Of a stretch of 64,000 bases of DNA, positions 1 to 9,964 are shown piece after piece. The translations under genes and the position numbers were made by a program. The notes beneath the pieces are model-generated. The model had not been told where the DNA came from. It did not search any database and saw only the letters and a program-made list of their open reading frames with translations. The number at the start of each line of letters is the position of its first letter. Position 1 is the first letter of the stretch. This DNA comes from an uncultured Actinomycetes bacterium (GTDB lineage Bacteria > Actinomycetota > Thermoleophilia > RBG-16-64-13), in contig CAWJDT010000001.1 of assembly GCA_963841735.1 (NCBI GenBank), forward strand, positions 992,001-1,056,000, read 5' to 3'.

Positions 1-82
1 TAGTCTTGCCGTGATCGATATGGGCGATGATGGCAACGTTACGGATACGCTGCGAAGGATCGGTACTTTCTGCAGGCGGCAT
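1..82 (-). CDS. typA: Translational GTPase TypA/BipA, 5' end only (runs off the window)
   Basis: Not in the ORF track. The minus strand from ATG 82 reads MPPAESTDPSQRIRNVAIIAHIDHGKT, the G1 motif. NVAIIAH..GKT fits TypA better than LepA (NFSIIAH..GKS). Confidence 0.75.
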   Translation of the reverse strand, partial: MPPAESTDPSQRIRNVAIIAHIDHGKT

Positions 83-200
83 GAAGCCTCGGGCTCCTCA
101 CTGGGTACTGGCGGACACTCTACTTCGACCCCGCTTGCGAGCGGGACAGGAGATTATACAGTCTCAAGCGTCACATGCACCGAGGCACCTTGCGGTGTCT

Positions 201-1403
201 TCAAGAAGGCGACTTCTGGCTCCGGTCTTTCGAGGTGAGGTAGGAGTCCAGTATCGTGAGATTGGCGTCAAAATCGTCTCGTCCCAACCCCATGCGGAAG
301 TGGCCGTCGCCGTAGCCATAGACGGTGGAGGGCAGAAGCAACGCCCCTGTATCGCAAAGCACCTGGGCGCAGAAGGACTCGGCTCCGCCGGCAAACGTGG
401 CTGCGGCGGCCCTTTCGGCCTCGGTGGAGGCGCCGCCCGCGCCCGCGCCGCCTGAGTCCAGCCCCAGGCGGGGGAAGCAGACAGTCCCGGCCTGCGGCGG
501 GATCCAGGCGAATGTTCCCGGGTGCCGCGCGAAGAACGCGGCCGCGGTCTCCCGGTTGTGTAACACTCGCTCGCGGTTGGTGGCGACGATCGTGTCGCGC
601 GACCGCAGAGCCATCAGAGCCAGGAGTTCGCTCGGCGCGCTCGAGCAGATGGTGGTGTAGTCCTTGAGCGCCTTCATCCGCTCCAGCAGGGCGGCGTCAT
701 GCGTGGCTACCCAGCCTATCCGCAGGCCGGCCAACCCGAACGCCTTGGACATGCCCGACAGCGACAGCGCCCGCTCGTATCGGTCGACCGCAGCCGGGAG
801 GCGTACGTCATCGCGCGGTTCGAGCAGCCGGTACATCTCGTCGGAGAACACCCAGGCGCCGACGTCGTCGGCCGCGGCGACCATGCGTGCGTAGTCCGCT
901 TGCGGTGGCAGGGCTCCGGTGGGGTTGTGGGGGAAGTTCCACACCACGAGCTTGGTGTCGGGACGAATCAGCGCCTCCAGATCGTCCGGGTCGAAGCGCC
1001 AGGTCTCGCTCTCGGAGGGCTGCCAGAGGCTGACCTCGCAACCTATGCTGCGGGCCAAATCGTACAGCGATTGGTATCCCGGGAAGGTGCAGACCACGTG
1101 GTCACCTGGCTGGAGCAGGGCATTCATCGTGAGGAAGATAAGCTCCTCAGGAGCGGCCACCAGCACCTCGTCGGGCTCTGCCGACTCGTAGAGCGCGGCG
1201 ATCTCGACCCGCAGATCGGGAAGGCCCTGCGAATCGGTGTAGCCCAGATGGAGTCCCGACCACAGTGTGTGGAGCTCCTGGTCGGCTCCGTCCACCAGGT
1301 CGGCCATGGCCATGCCCTGGCAGTCGGAGGCGGAGAGCAGGTGGCGGGCACTAAACTCGTGGCGGGCGAAGAAGCGCTCAAGGGCGAAAGGCTCAGGGAA
1401 CAT
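201..1403 (-). CDS. PLP-dependent aminotransferase class I/II
   Basis: NFPHNPTG, SDEMY and SKAFGLAGLRIGW motifs. Confidence 0.9.
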   Translation of the reverse strand: MFPEPFALERFFARHEFSARHLLSASDCQGMAMADLVDGADQELHTLWSGLHLGYTDSQGLPDLRVEIAALYESAEPDEVLVAAPEELIFLTMNALLQPGDHVVCTFPGYQSLYDLARSIGCEVSLWQPSESETWRFDPDDLEALIRPDTKLVVWNFPHNPTGALPPQADYARMVAAADDVGAWVFSDEMYRLLEPRDDVRLPAAVDRYERALSLSGMSKAFGLAGLRIGWVATHDAALLERMKALKDYTTICSSAPSELLALMALRSRDTIVATNRERVLHNRETAAAFFARHPGTFAWIPPQAGTVCFPRLGLDSGGAGAGGASTEAERAAAATFAGGAESFCAQVLCDTGALLLPSTVYGYGDGHFRMGLGRDDFDANLTILDSYLTSKDRSQKSPS

Positions 1404-1415
1404 TGGAGCTGTTCC

Positions 1416-2840
1416 CTAGGTGCCGGCGGTAGGCGGCGGGGATTGCGGGTCGGCGGCGGCCCCGGGCTCTTTGCGCGGTCCCACCAGCGAGGCGGCTACG
1501 CCGAACACGCAGAGCACTGCGAAGATGGCAAAACTGATGCGGACGCTGGTGAGCAGTTGTGGCTTATCGTTTATGGGGTCGATCTCGTGCCGCCCGACCA
1601 CGATGGCCAGCACCATGGTGGCCAGACCGATGCTGATGTTCTGGCCCACCAAGCGCATGGTTGCCAAAGTGGCCGACGCTGTGCCTATCTGCCTCTTCTG
1701 CACACTCCCCATGACGGTGTGTGCGATCGGCGAGGCGAAGAGGGCGAAGCCAACTCCCAGCACGCAGAGAGTAAGGATGATGTACCAGTAAGGGGTGGTC
1801 TGGGTGAGGAACACGAAGCCCAAGAGCCCGACGACGGTTATGCCCATGCCTGCGGTCGCCAGCAGCCGCGGATTGGTGCGGTCTGCAAGCCGGCCCGCCG
1901 CCAGCGAGAGAAAGGCCTGCAGCAGCACCCCGGTGGCCAGGATATAGCCGGCCTGTTGAGGGTCAAGGTCTCGGTTGTATTGCAGGTAGAGGCTCATGAG
2001 GAAAGTCATGGCAGCCGTGGCGGAGTAGTTGACGAAGGAGGCGGCGTTGGAGAACGCGAAGACCCGGTTGTGTCGCAGCAGATCGACGCTGAGCAAGGGG
2101 TCGGCCGCCCGCGTCTCAAACCAGAAGAATAGGACGAACCCCAAAATCCCGGCAGCGACCATGAGCACCCCGAGCAGACCGGGTAGATACGAGAAGCCCA
2201 GCAGTAGGACCGGTAGGGCTGTCGCCCAGGCTACCGAGCCCTTCACATCGAAACGTGCAGTCTTTGGTTCCCGCCATTCGACTCCGCGGAGTTTCCAGAA
2301 CGCTAGAACGGTTATCAGAAGGCTGAGCGCTCCGATGAAGAGGAAAAGGGCTCGCCACCCCCCGTTCTGAGTGATGATACCGCCGAGCACGGGGCCGAGG
2401 GTCATCCCCAGGTACACGCCGCCCGTGAGCACGCCCAGGGCTTTGCCGCGGCTCTCGGGCGGGATGGCAAGGGTCACGATGGCGAAGTTGGTCGCGAACA
2501 ACAGCGACGCAAACAGGCCGTGGATGACGCGGATGATGAGCAGCAAGGTGACAGAGGGCGCGGCGGCGGAGGCAAAGGACGCCACCGTGAATCCGACCAG
2601 ACCGATGAGGTATACGCGGTTGCGTCCGTGCAGATCGGCGATCCGCCCGACCGGCATCAGGAAGGCACCCGCGGCGAGGGCGTAGAAGAGGGGGAGCCAG
2701 CCCAGTGTCACAGCGGACATATGGAACTCGTCCTCGATGCGCGGCAGTGCCACGTTGATCGAAGACCCCATGAAGGTGGCGACAAACCCAGCCATCGTCA
2801 TGAGCGCGAGTACCCAGTTCTGTCGAGAGCGCTCCATCAC
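1416..2840 (-). CDS. MFS transporter, DHA2 (14-TM) type
   Basis: GRIADLHGR motif A, GPVLGG motif C and about 14 hydrophobic segments. Confidence 0.9.
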   Translation of the reverse strand: MMERSRQNWVLALMTMAGFVATFMGSSINVALPRIEDEFHMSAVTLGWLPLFYALAAGAFLMPVGRIADLHGRNRVYLIGLVGFTVASFASAAAPSVTLLLIIRVIHGLFASLLFATNFAIVTLAIPPESRGKALGVLTGGVYLGMTLGPVLGGIITQNGGWRALFLFIGALSLLITVLAFWKLRGVEWREPKTARFDVKGSVAWATALPVLLLGFSYLPGLLGVLMVAAGILGFVLFFWFETRAADPLLSVDLLRHNRVFAFSNAASFVNYSATAAMTFLMSLYLQYNRDLDPQQAGYILATGVLLQAFLSLAAGRLADRTNPRLLATAGMGITVVGLLGFVFLTQTTPYWYIILTLCVLGVGFALFASPIAHTVMGSVQKRQIGTASATLATMRLVGQNISIGLATMVLAIVVGRHEIDPINDKPQLLTSVRISFAIFAVLCVFGVAASLVGPRKEPGAAADPQSPPPTAGT

Positions 2841-2935
2841 GCTATAGCGTATCAGTCTCGGGCCGTCGCCGCGTCTGGCCGCGTTGCGGTCCTGTATACT
2901 CCGAGCATTCCTTGACCAAAAACGTGGGAGATCTG

Positions 2936-4243
2936 ATGAGGGCGAATCTAGTCAGCCCCTCGTCGGCGCATCTGTCGTACGCCATTCGCGACATCGTCAA
3001 GTTCGGCGAACAAGTGCGCCGCCACGGGGTTGAGATAACCTGGGAGAATATAGGCGATCCCATCGCCAAGGGCGAGAAGGTCGCCCCCTGGATCCGCCAG
3101 ATACTCCACGAAGTGGTGGATATCGACGACTCCTGGGGCTATTGTCCCACCGAGGGCTTCATGGTGGCGCGGGAGGCCTTGGCTGAGCACGTGAACGCGC
3201 GGGCCGGCGCTCGGGTCACGGCCGAAGACATCATCTTCTTCAACGGTGTGGCCGACGCGGTGGCCAAGGTGTACGGCTTCTTGAGTCCGCACGCCCGGGT
3301 CATCGGGCCGTCTCCTGCCTACAGCACTCATTCATCGGCCGAATCGGCGCATTGTGCGTTGCCCCATCTCACGTATGACCTCGATCCGGACAACGGCTGG
3401 CTGCCCGACCTCGTCGACCTGCGGCGCAAGGTCGAGAAGAATCCGTCTATCGCCGGGATCCTCCTTATCAATCCCAACAACCCCACGGGCGCGGTCTATC
3501 CCGTGGATGTGTTGGAGCGGATAGTGGCCATCGCCCGGGAGTTCGGTCTGTTCATAGTGGCCGACGAGATCTACATCCACATGGTTTTTCCCGGCGTGGA
3601 GACCGTCCACCTGTCGGAGGTCACCCCCGACGTGCCGGCCCTTGTAATGCGCGGCATCTCCAAGGAACTGCCTTGGCCGGGGTCGCGCTGCGGATGGATC
3701 GAGGTGCTCAACCGGTCGCGTGACCAAAACTTCTCGGCCTACGTCGATTCGCTTGTGGCCGCCAAGCGGCTGGAGGTCTGCTCCACCAGCGGACCGCAAC
3801 TCGCCGTGCCGCGGGTGTTCGGAGACGCCCGGTACCCGGGCCACCTGGTGGCGCGGGCGACGATGTACGCTGAGCGGGCCCGGGAGGCTCAGGATGCGTT
3901 GGGGAACATCCCCGGGCTCAAGGTCAATCCGGCCCAGGGCGCCTTCTACATGACGGCCCTCTTCGAACATGGCGCCCTCGATGGTGACAACCGGCTGCCC
4001 ATCGCCGACAACACTCTGCGCGAGGTGGTCGACCGGCAGTGCAAGGGCGCCGCTCCCGACTGGCGTTTCGTCTATCATCTGCTGGCTTCCACCGGCATTT
4101 GCGTGGTGCCGCTTACCGGCTTCTACACGCCACACCCCGGCTTCAGGTTCACGCTCTTGGAGACCGACGACGTGAAGCGCACGTGGATCTTCCGGACACT
4201 GGGCGCCGCTGTGGCCGAGTATCTGGAGAGCGGTCGGAGCTGA
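2936..4243 (+). CDS. PLP-dependent aminotransferase class I (AlaA-like)
   Basis: ENIGDP, NPNNPTG, ADEIY and ISKELPWPGSRCGW motifs. ATG 2936 follows GGGAG. Confidence 0.85.
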   Translation: MRANLVSPSSAHLSYAIRDIVKFGEQVRRHGVEITWENIGDPIAKGEKVAPWIRQILHEVVDIDDSWGYCPTEGFMVAREALAEHVNARAGARVTAEDIIFFNGVADAVAKVYGFLSPHARVIGPSPAYSTHSSAESAHCALPHLTYDLDPDNGWLPDLVDLRRKVEKNPSIAGILLINPNNPTGAVYPVDVLERIVAIAREFGLFIVADEIYIHMVFPGVETVHLSEVTPDVPALVMRGISKELPWPGSRCGWIEVLNRSRDQNFSAYVDSLVAAKRLEVCSTSGPQLAVPRVFGDARYPGHLVARATMYAERAREAQDALGNIPGLKVNPAQGAFYMTALFEHGALDGDNRLPIADNTLREVVDRQCKGAAPDWRFVYHLLASTGICVVPLTGFYTPHPGFRFTLLETDDVKRTWIFRTLGAAVAEYLESGRS

Positions 4244-4302
4244 GTCTACGCGTGCGCCACCGGCGAGTCACCGGCGCGGCCGCCGGTTGCTAAGCTATGG
4301 CC

Positions 4303-4722
4303 ATGGATGTCTTTTCGCCTCCCCCACCCGTCTGTTCAAGTCGACTTGGGCGGGCGTGCTATCTGGTGGCCGGCTCCGTTGCCCTGGGCGTCGGCGTGGT
4401 GGGCGTGGTGGTGCCCGTGCTTCCCACCACCCCGCTGCTCATCGTTACCGCGTTCTGCTACGCGCGGGGTTCCAGTCGGGGCTACCGTTGGTTGGTGACC
4501 AACCGTCTATTTGGGCGATACCTTAACGACTATCTCTGCGGAAGGGGTGTCGCCCTGAAGGTGAAAGTGGGGGCCCTTGTCCTGCTTTGGGGGGTCATCG
4601 CCGTGACGGCAGTCTTCTTCACCGACCGACTTTGGTTGCGGGTGCTGCTGCCCGCGATCGCCGTGGCGGTGACGGTACACGTGCTCATGCTCAAGACCCG
4701 GAGACGCGACGTCAAAGAGTGA
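4303..4722 (+). CDS. YbaN/DUF454 family membrane protein
   Basis: GVVVPVLPTTPLLI signature. TAAGCT -10-like box lies 6 nt before the ATG. Confidence 0.85.
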   Translation: MDVFSPPPPVCSSRLGRACYLVAGSVALGVGVVGVVVPVLPTTPLLIVTAFCYARGSSRGYRWLVTNRLFGRYLNDYLCGRGVALKVKVGALVLLWGVIAVTAVFFTDRLWLRVLLPAIAVAVTVHVLMLKTRRRDVKE

Positions 4723-5218
4723 AGCGCCACCTGCAATCGTGGCCCGTGGGCCGCTCGCCGGGCGGGGCAAAGTCGCAGTGCACCTGGATGGCGGGGTCCA
4801 CCTGGCCGGTTATGCTCAAGAACTCACGGCGATGCATCTCTTTGCACTCGTACTCGGGTAGGTCGCGCTTGCGGCGGGCTTCCTGAGTGGCGCAACAGGG
4901 AACCGTCAGCACTATCTCATCGGGGGATTCTTCGATGTGGTACTCAAGGAGCAAGGTCCAGGGATAGAGACGCAAGACTTTGAGAAAACCCTCCAAGCCT
5001 TTCTCGGTGATCTGGAAACGGCTGATCAGATCGCGGGCGGCCAGACCGGAGACCCGGGACCAGACCCGCTCGTTGAGTCGCTCGGCTTCGGCGAGGCTGT
5101 GATCCTCGGTCGCGTAGATGAACCAGAAGCTGTCGACCACCCGGTAGTGCCAGAGCAGGAAGGCAAGGTAGCCGCGCAGTTCGTCGGCTTCCATGGTGTC
5201 GAAGTGAGACAGGTCCAT
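4712..5218 (-). CDS. DUF6125-like cytoplasmic protein with several Cys
   Basis: VDSFWF, A..LNERVW, CCATQEARRK, CKEMH and CRWRF pattern. Start placed at ATG 5218, 7 nt after TATGCT. Confidence 0.6.
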   Translation of the reverse strand: MDLSHFDTMEADELRGYLAFLLWHYRVVDSFWFIYATEDHSLAEAERLNERVWSRVSGLAARDLISRFQITEKGLEGFLKVLRLYPWTLLLEYHIEESPDEIVLTVPCCATQEARRKRDLPEYECKEMHRREFLSITGQVDPAIQVHCDFAPPGERPTGHDCRWRFTL

Positions 5219-5257
5219 ATGGTTGAGCATAGCGGATTGTCAGGTATGCTGGCAGGC

Positions 5258-6184
5258 ATGAGAGAGAACATCCGCGCCGCGCGTTGGCTGGGAGTGCTCG
5301 TCAGCGCCGCTACATACGTGGTTGCGTTGGCCGTTGCCGTTCTGGTGGTTCGTGTGGCCGGCCTTGGACATCCCCTGGCCGCTCTGGCCCTAGGGACCTT
5401 GGTGGCGACCGTGGTGGTGTTTCTCGTCTCGGTGGCCGTGAACAACTCGAGCATCTATGACCCCTACTGGAGTGTTCAGCCGCTCGCCTTTGCCGGGTAC
5501 TACCTGTGGACCGGGTGGGGCGACGGGGCCGGTGTCGATGCGCGGCAGGTCATCGTCGTGTGCCTGGTGTCGCTGTACGCTCTGCGGCTGACGAGCAACT
5601 TCTATCGGGATTGGCCGGGGCTGGGCAAAGAGGACTTCCGCTACCGGTCGTTTCGGGCGCGCTTCGGCCGGTTCTATTGGCCGGTGAGCTTCGCCGGGAT
5701 CCATCTCTTCCCCACCGTGATGGTGTACGTGGGCTGTCTGCCGCTGTACGCGGTCTTCGGGCCACAGGCGAACGTCCTGGGCCTGCTGGACTGGGCCGGC
5801 GTGGCGGTGTTGCTGGGAGCGATCGTTCTGGCCTTTGTCGCCGACGAGCAGATGCGGGCATTCCGCGGCCGGGCGGAGAACCAGGGGCGGATCATGCGGA
5901 GTGGGCTCTGGGCGCGCAATAGGCACCCCAACTACCTGGGGGAGATATCTACGTGGTGGGGCCTCTGGCTGTTCGCTCTCGCGGCAGGCGGCCGGTGGTG
6001 GTGGACGATAGCCGGAGCCGCGGCGATGACGGTGATGTTCGTCTTTGCGAGCGTGCCGATGATGGAGCGGCGGTTGCTGGCCACCCGCGTGGGCTACGCC
6101 GAATACCAGGAGCAAACAGCGATGCTGGTGCCGCGGCTCTTCCGCCGGGCTACCGGGGCTGAGCGCAGCGACCCGCTGACTTAG
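5258..6184 (+). CDS. DUF1295 family membrane protein (steroid-reductase-like fold)
   Basis: NSSIYDPYWS, EDFRY, ADEQM and SGLWARNRHPNYLGEI motifs. Confidence 0.85.
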   Translation: MRENIRAARWLGVLVSAATYVVALAVAVLVVRVAGLGHPLAALALGTLVATVVVFLVSVAVNNSSIYDPYWSVQPLAFAGYYLWTGWGDGAGVDARQVIVVCLVSLYALRLTSNFYRDWPGLGKEDFRYRSFRARFGRFYWPVSFAGIHLFPTVMVYVGCLPLYAVFGPQANVLGLLDWAGVAVLLGAIVLAFVADEQMRAFRGRAENQGRIMRSGLWARNRHPNYLGEISTWWGLWLFALAAGGRWWWTIAGAAAMTVMFVFASVPMMERRLLATRVGYAEYQEQTAMLVPRLFRRATGAERSDPLT

Positions 6185-6247
6185 CCGGTCCGCGGGTCGC
6201 TGGACCGCCCCGGAAAATCTATAGGCGCATCGAGCCTTCGGACCTGT

Positions 6248-6691
6248 CTACTTCACTTGCCAGTGGTTCTCGCCCACTTCCAAAGCGGTGGCCTCGAGCG
6301 ACCGGTTGATGTCGAGTATGAAACCCACGAGCGAGGCGATGATGCAGAGCAGGCTGAGAATGAAGAAGCTTGCCGATAGCCAGGGAAGGTCGGCGTTGAA
6401 CAATGAGGCGATGAAGAGCGAGATCACCAGGCAGGCGGCAAAGAGAACGCAGAAGCCCGCCAGAGCGATCGAGCGCCGCACCATGCACGCCCGCTGAGCG
6501 AGAATGGCGAGCTGAGCGTGCAAGAGCTCCGAATCCTCTTTGCTGTCTTTGAGTCGCAAGGCCAGCGAGCGAGCGCGGTCGACTATGCGGCCAAGCCTGT
6601 TGGTCATGGTGAGCAGGAGCAGACCTACTCCTGATATCAGCACCACCGGGCTGACCGCGGTCTGTAGCGCAGATGTACCTACCCCAGCCAT
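6248..6691 (-). CDS. DUF2721 family membrane protein
   Basis: AVSPVVLISGVGLLLLTMTNRLGRIVDRAR signature. AAGGAGG RBS precedes ATG 6691. Confidence 0.8.
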   Translation of the reverse strand: MAGVGTSALQTAVSPVVLISGVGLLLLTMTNRLGRIVDRARSLALRLKDSKEDSELLHAQLAILAQRACMVRRSIALAGFCVLFAACLVISLFIASLFNADLPWLSASFFILSLLCIIASLVGFILDINRSLEATALEVGENHWQVK

Positions 6692-6761
6692 TGGGGTTCC
6701 TCCTTGTTGGTTGAAACAATCACTTTGAACCGATTTTAGCAGCCGGTGCGGCGCCGGCTTT

Positions 6762-7952
6762 CTACGCCCTCTCCACCCTGGCCCGGGCGTGGATGACGAG
6801 GGCGAGAAGGGCGCACAGCAGGGCCGGGAGTGCCGTGGCGGCCAGTCCGATTCTAAACCCTGCGGCACCGGCGAGGGGGCCAAGGAGGTAGGGCAGTGTC
6901 GCGCCGCCGACGGCCCCGCTGAGCACGAAGAACGACGAGGCCACGCCGGACTGCCATCCGGGGAATCGGCCCACGTAGCTGCCGATGAGGCCATAGGATG
7001 CCGATGCGCCGAGGCCGGCTCCCACCGCGAGCGCCAGCGACGCCGCCGATGAGGGGGCCAAGGCTACCCCGATGGCGAAGACCGCCATGACGGAGCAACA
7101 GGCCAGCAGCAGTCGCGCCGGTGCGAATCGTCGGGTGAGGGGCATCGTCAGCAGCCTGCCCACGGCCAGACCCACCCAAAAGAGGGTCACGGTGAGACTT
7201 GCCCGGGAGTCGCTCACCGCGAAGATCTCCAGCTGGAATTTGGGCAACCATACGTTCAGCATGGACTCCGCTCCCGTGTACATGAAGCCGGCGCCCGCTA
7301 TGGCTAACAAGAGTCGGCGGTCGAGCGCGACCACCTGCTTGAGGTGTGCGAAACGCAGGTTCTGACGTCCTGGAGCGTCGAGCATGGGCATGAAGACGAA
7401 CGCAACCGCCAGCGCCAGGCAGAGCCCTGCCTCGACAACGAGTATCGCGCGCCACGTCGCTCCGCCGTCCATCGCCAGGCCGAGGGCCAAGGGGGTCACG
7501 ATCATGCCCAGGGCGAAGAACAGGATCATGGCGAGGGCCGATGCCGCCAAGTTCTTCTTGATGTGGGCCGAGAGCCAGATCCAGCCACCGTTGTTGAGCA
7601 TTGCCGCGCCCAGCCCGACGACAAGGTAGAACAGGGACAGCGTCCACATATCCCGCGAAGCCAGTCCCGCGGCCAAGAGCCCTACCCCCTGCAGAGTGAC
7701 GCCTCCGATGAGTGTCCACTTCATGGGCACCCCAGCCATGCGGGTGTTCAAGATGACTATGCCGAGGACTATTCCCAGGAAGTACCCGGCGTTTATTACT
7801 CCACCCCGGCTCAGAGGGAGGTGCAGCTCGGTCATCATGGGGTCGAGGAGGGGACCCAGCGAGGCCATAGCCATAGCGGTGATCAGCTGGCCCGGATAGA
7901 TGGGGAGGCGAAGCCGGAGGCTGGGATCGGCAGTGGTTTGGCTGGACGTCAT
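6762..7952 (-). CDS. MFS transporter (FucP/TsgA-like, 12 TM)
   Basis: About 12 hydrophobic segments; YTGAE..WLP and FWVG..VGR motifs. Confidence 0.8.
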   Translation of the reverse strand: MTSSQTTADPSLRLRLPIYPGQLITAMAMASLGPLLDPMMTELHLPLSRGGVINAGYFLGIVLGIVILNTRMAGVPMKWTLIGGVTLQGVGLLAAGLASRDMWTLSLFYLVVGLGAAMLNNGGWIWLSAHIKKNLAASALAMILFFALGMIVTPLALGLAMDGGATWRAILVVEAGLCLALAVAFVFMPMLDAPGRQNLRFAHLKQVVALDRRLLLAIAGAGFMYTGAESMLNVWLPKFQLEIFAVSDSRASLTVTLFWVGLAVGRLLTMPLTRRFAPARLLLACCSVMAVFAIGVALAPSSAASLALAVGAGLGASASYGLIGSYVGRFPGWQSGVASSFFVLSGAVGGATLPYLLGPLAGAAGFRIGLAATALPALLCALLALVIHARARVERA

Positions 7953-8051
7953 AGTTCATTTACCATGCCACGAACAGGCGGGAAATACCACCGTGCGCGT
8001 ACGGTTCACACCGCCCGGTCGGTGGAGGCTGCTGATGAGATAATGGTCCCA

Positions 8052-8990
8052 ATGGGAGAGATCATCGACATTGCGATTGTGGGCGGCGGACCGGCTGGGC
8101 TCACGGCTGCGCTCTATGGCGCGCGGGCTCGGGCGAAGACGGTGGTCTTCGAGACGGGCCTGCCCGGAGGGCAGATCGTCTCGGCGTCTTGGGTGGAGAA
8201 CTACCCGGGTTTCCCCACCGGCATCGGCGGTCAGGAGCTGGCCGACCTGATGGTCCAGCAGGCTCAGAACGCAGGCGCCGAGTTCCGGAACATATCGCCG
8301 GTCGAGGCTATCCGCGCAAACGGTTGTGACTACGTACTCGCCGTGGGCAAAGAGGAAGTGGCTGCTCGGGCGGTGATCCTGGCCACGGGAGCCATTCCCC
8401 GCAAGTTGGGCATTCCCGGAGAGCCTGAGTTCACCGGCCGGGGTGTGTCCTGGTGCGCTACCTGCGATGGGCCGCTGTATCGGGACAAGGTGGTCGCGGT
8501 GATAGGCGGGGGAGACTCGGCCACTCAGGAAGCTCTCTACCTGGCCAAGATCGTCAAGGAAGTCCACCTGGTACATCGCCGCGAGGAGCTGCGGGCCACT
8601 CAGTGCCTCCAGGACCAGTGTTTCCTCAACTCCCAGATCACCATGCACCTTTCGTACGTGCCGGAGGAGATCGTGGGCGAAGGGGGCAGGGTATCGGGCC
8701 TGAAGCTGCGCTCCAAGGAAGACGGCAGCGAGAAGATCCTTGCCGTGGACGGGGTGTTCGAGTTTGTGGGCATCGACGCCCAGAGCCGGTTGGTGACCAC
8801 CCTGTGCGACCTGGACGAGCAGCGCTTTGTCATTGTCGATCGCAATGGTCTGACCTCGCGCGCCGGCTTGTACGCGGCGGGCGACGTGGCCAACTACGAA
8901 CTCAAACAGGTTGTGACTGCCTGCGCCCGGGGGGCGCTGGCTGTGTATCACGCTCTTAACTACCTGGAGACCAGGGTCTGTACGATCTGA
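8052..8990 (+). CDS. trxB: Thioredoxin-disulfide reductase
   Basis: GGGPAGLTAA, GRGVSWCATCDG (CxxC), GGGDSA and AAGD motifs. Confidence 0.92.
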   Translation: MGEIIDIAIVGGGPAGLTAALYGARARAKTVVFETGLPGGQIVSASWVENYPGFPTGIGGQELADLMVQQAQNAGAEFRNISPVEAIRANGCDYVLAVGKEEVAARAVILATGAIPRKLGIPGEPEFTGRGVSWCATCDGPLYRDKVVAVIGGGDSATQEALYLAKIVKEVHLVHRREELRATQCLQDQCFLNSQITMHLSYVPEEIVGEGGRVSGLKLRSKEDGSEKILAVDGVFEFVGIDAQSRLVTTLCDLDEQRFVIVDRNGLTSRAGLYAAGDVANYELKQVVTACARGALAVYHALNYLETRVCTI

Positions 8991-9004
8991 CTGGAGCGGT
9001 TCTG

Positions 9005-9961
9005 TCAGCCTCGGATCCGGAGCGCGCCTGGGACTACCTCCACAGAGAGCGGTAGCGAACCCAGGGGATCCCCGTCTACATCCAGCAGGTAGCGGCGCTC
9101 CGCATCCTCGTCGGCAAGCGACAGCTCAAGGCGATGGCAGGGGAAGTGATGCACGGTGCGCTCCTGCAGATGACGGCCCGAATAAATCTTGCGGATCTTG
9201 GCTGCCAAGTAGAATCCGTTGCGTTCGGTAACGGTGATGACGTCGAGTGTTCCGTCGTCGGGCGACGCCATCGGGGCGATGTCCATTCCGCCCCCAAACC
9301 ACCGGCCGTTGCATATGGCCACCAGATAAGCCGGTATCACCTGCTCGCGCGTTTCCCCCTGCCATGTGATGCGCGCGATGAGAGGCCTCTCTCTGCCCAC
9401 CAGCAGCGAACGTAAGGAAGCCAGGTAGTAGGCGGCGCGACCTCCCAAAAAGGCTGGGGCGGCGTCGACGTAGTGATCGACCAAACCTCCCAGTCCGGCG
9501 GAGATGACGTTGACGAAATGGCGTTGCGTCAGCTTGCCGTTTGGGCCTGCGAACGACGCTCGGCACACGTCGACGGTCCGCTCTCGTCCAGAGGCAAGAG
9601 CGGCGATACAGGCCTCCGCGCCAGGGCCGATGCCGAGACTGCGCCGGAAGTCTCCGCCTGTGCCCATGTTGATGAGTCCGACCGCCGGAGCAGGTTCACC
9701 AGTCTTTGGGACTGCTAGGACCCCGTCGACCACCTCGCTGAAAGTGCCGTCGCCTCCCACGGCCACAATGAGCGGGTGGCCTTGGAGGGCGCCCTCCAAG
9801 GCGAGCCGGCGCGCGTCGCCGCGCTGGGTGGTCTGACGAACGACTATCTCGCCCAAGCACCGCTCGGCTGAGGAGAGCGTGCGCGACAGGACACGGGCCC
9901 TGTCGCGCACGCCGCAGGCCGGGTTCACTACGAGCAGGGGTGGAACCAAGAGTGGAACCAA
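9005..9961 (-). CDS. Diacylglycerol kinase family (YegS/DgkB-like) lipid kinase
   Basis: VNP, GGDGT, GTGGDF, NGRWFGGG and DGD motifs. Confidence 0.88.
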   Translation of the reverse strand: MVPLLVPPLLVVNPACGVRDRARVLSRTLSSAERCLGEIVVRQTTQRGDARRLALEGALQGHPLIVAVGGDGTFSEVVDGVLAVPKTGEPAPAVGLINMGTGGDFRRSLGIGPGAEACIAALASGRERTVDVCRASFAGPNGKLTQRHFVNVISAGLGGLVDHYVDAAPAFLGGRAAYYLASLRSLLVGRERPLIARITWQGETREQVIPAYLVAICNGRWFGGGMDIAPMASPDDGTLDVITVTERNGFYLAAKIRKIYSGRHLQERTVHHFPCHRLELSLADEDAERRYLLDVDGDPLGSLPLSVEVVPGALRIRG

Positions 9962-9964
9962 GGC

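Noticed and set aside
699-2132. Long alternative ORFs (also 34718-35974, 46807-47919, 49747-50946 and others)
   Set aside because: They are antisense or out-of-frame shadows of well-supported genes, which is typical of high-GC DNA, and they carry no family motifs of their own.
7344-8051. Apparent N-terminal fusion on thioredoxin reductase (similarly 4937-5257 and 42430-42699)
   Set aside because: The extensions overlap opposite-strand genes. Family similarity starts at a downstream start codon that has its own -10 box or RBS.
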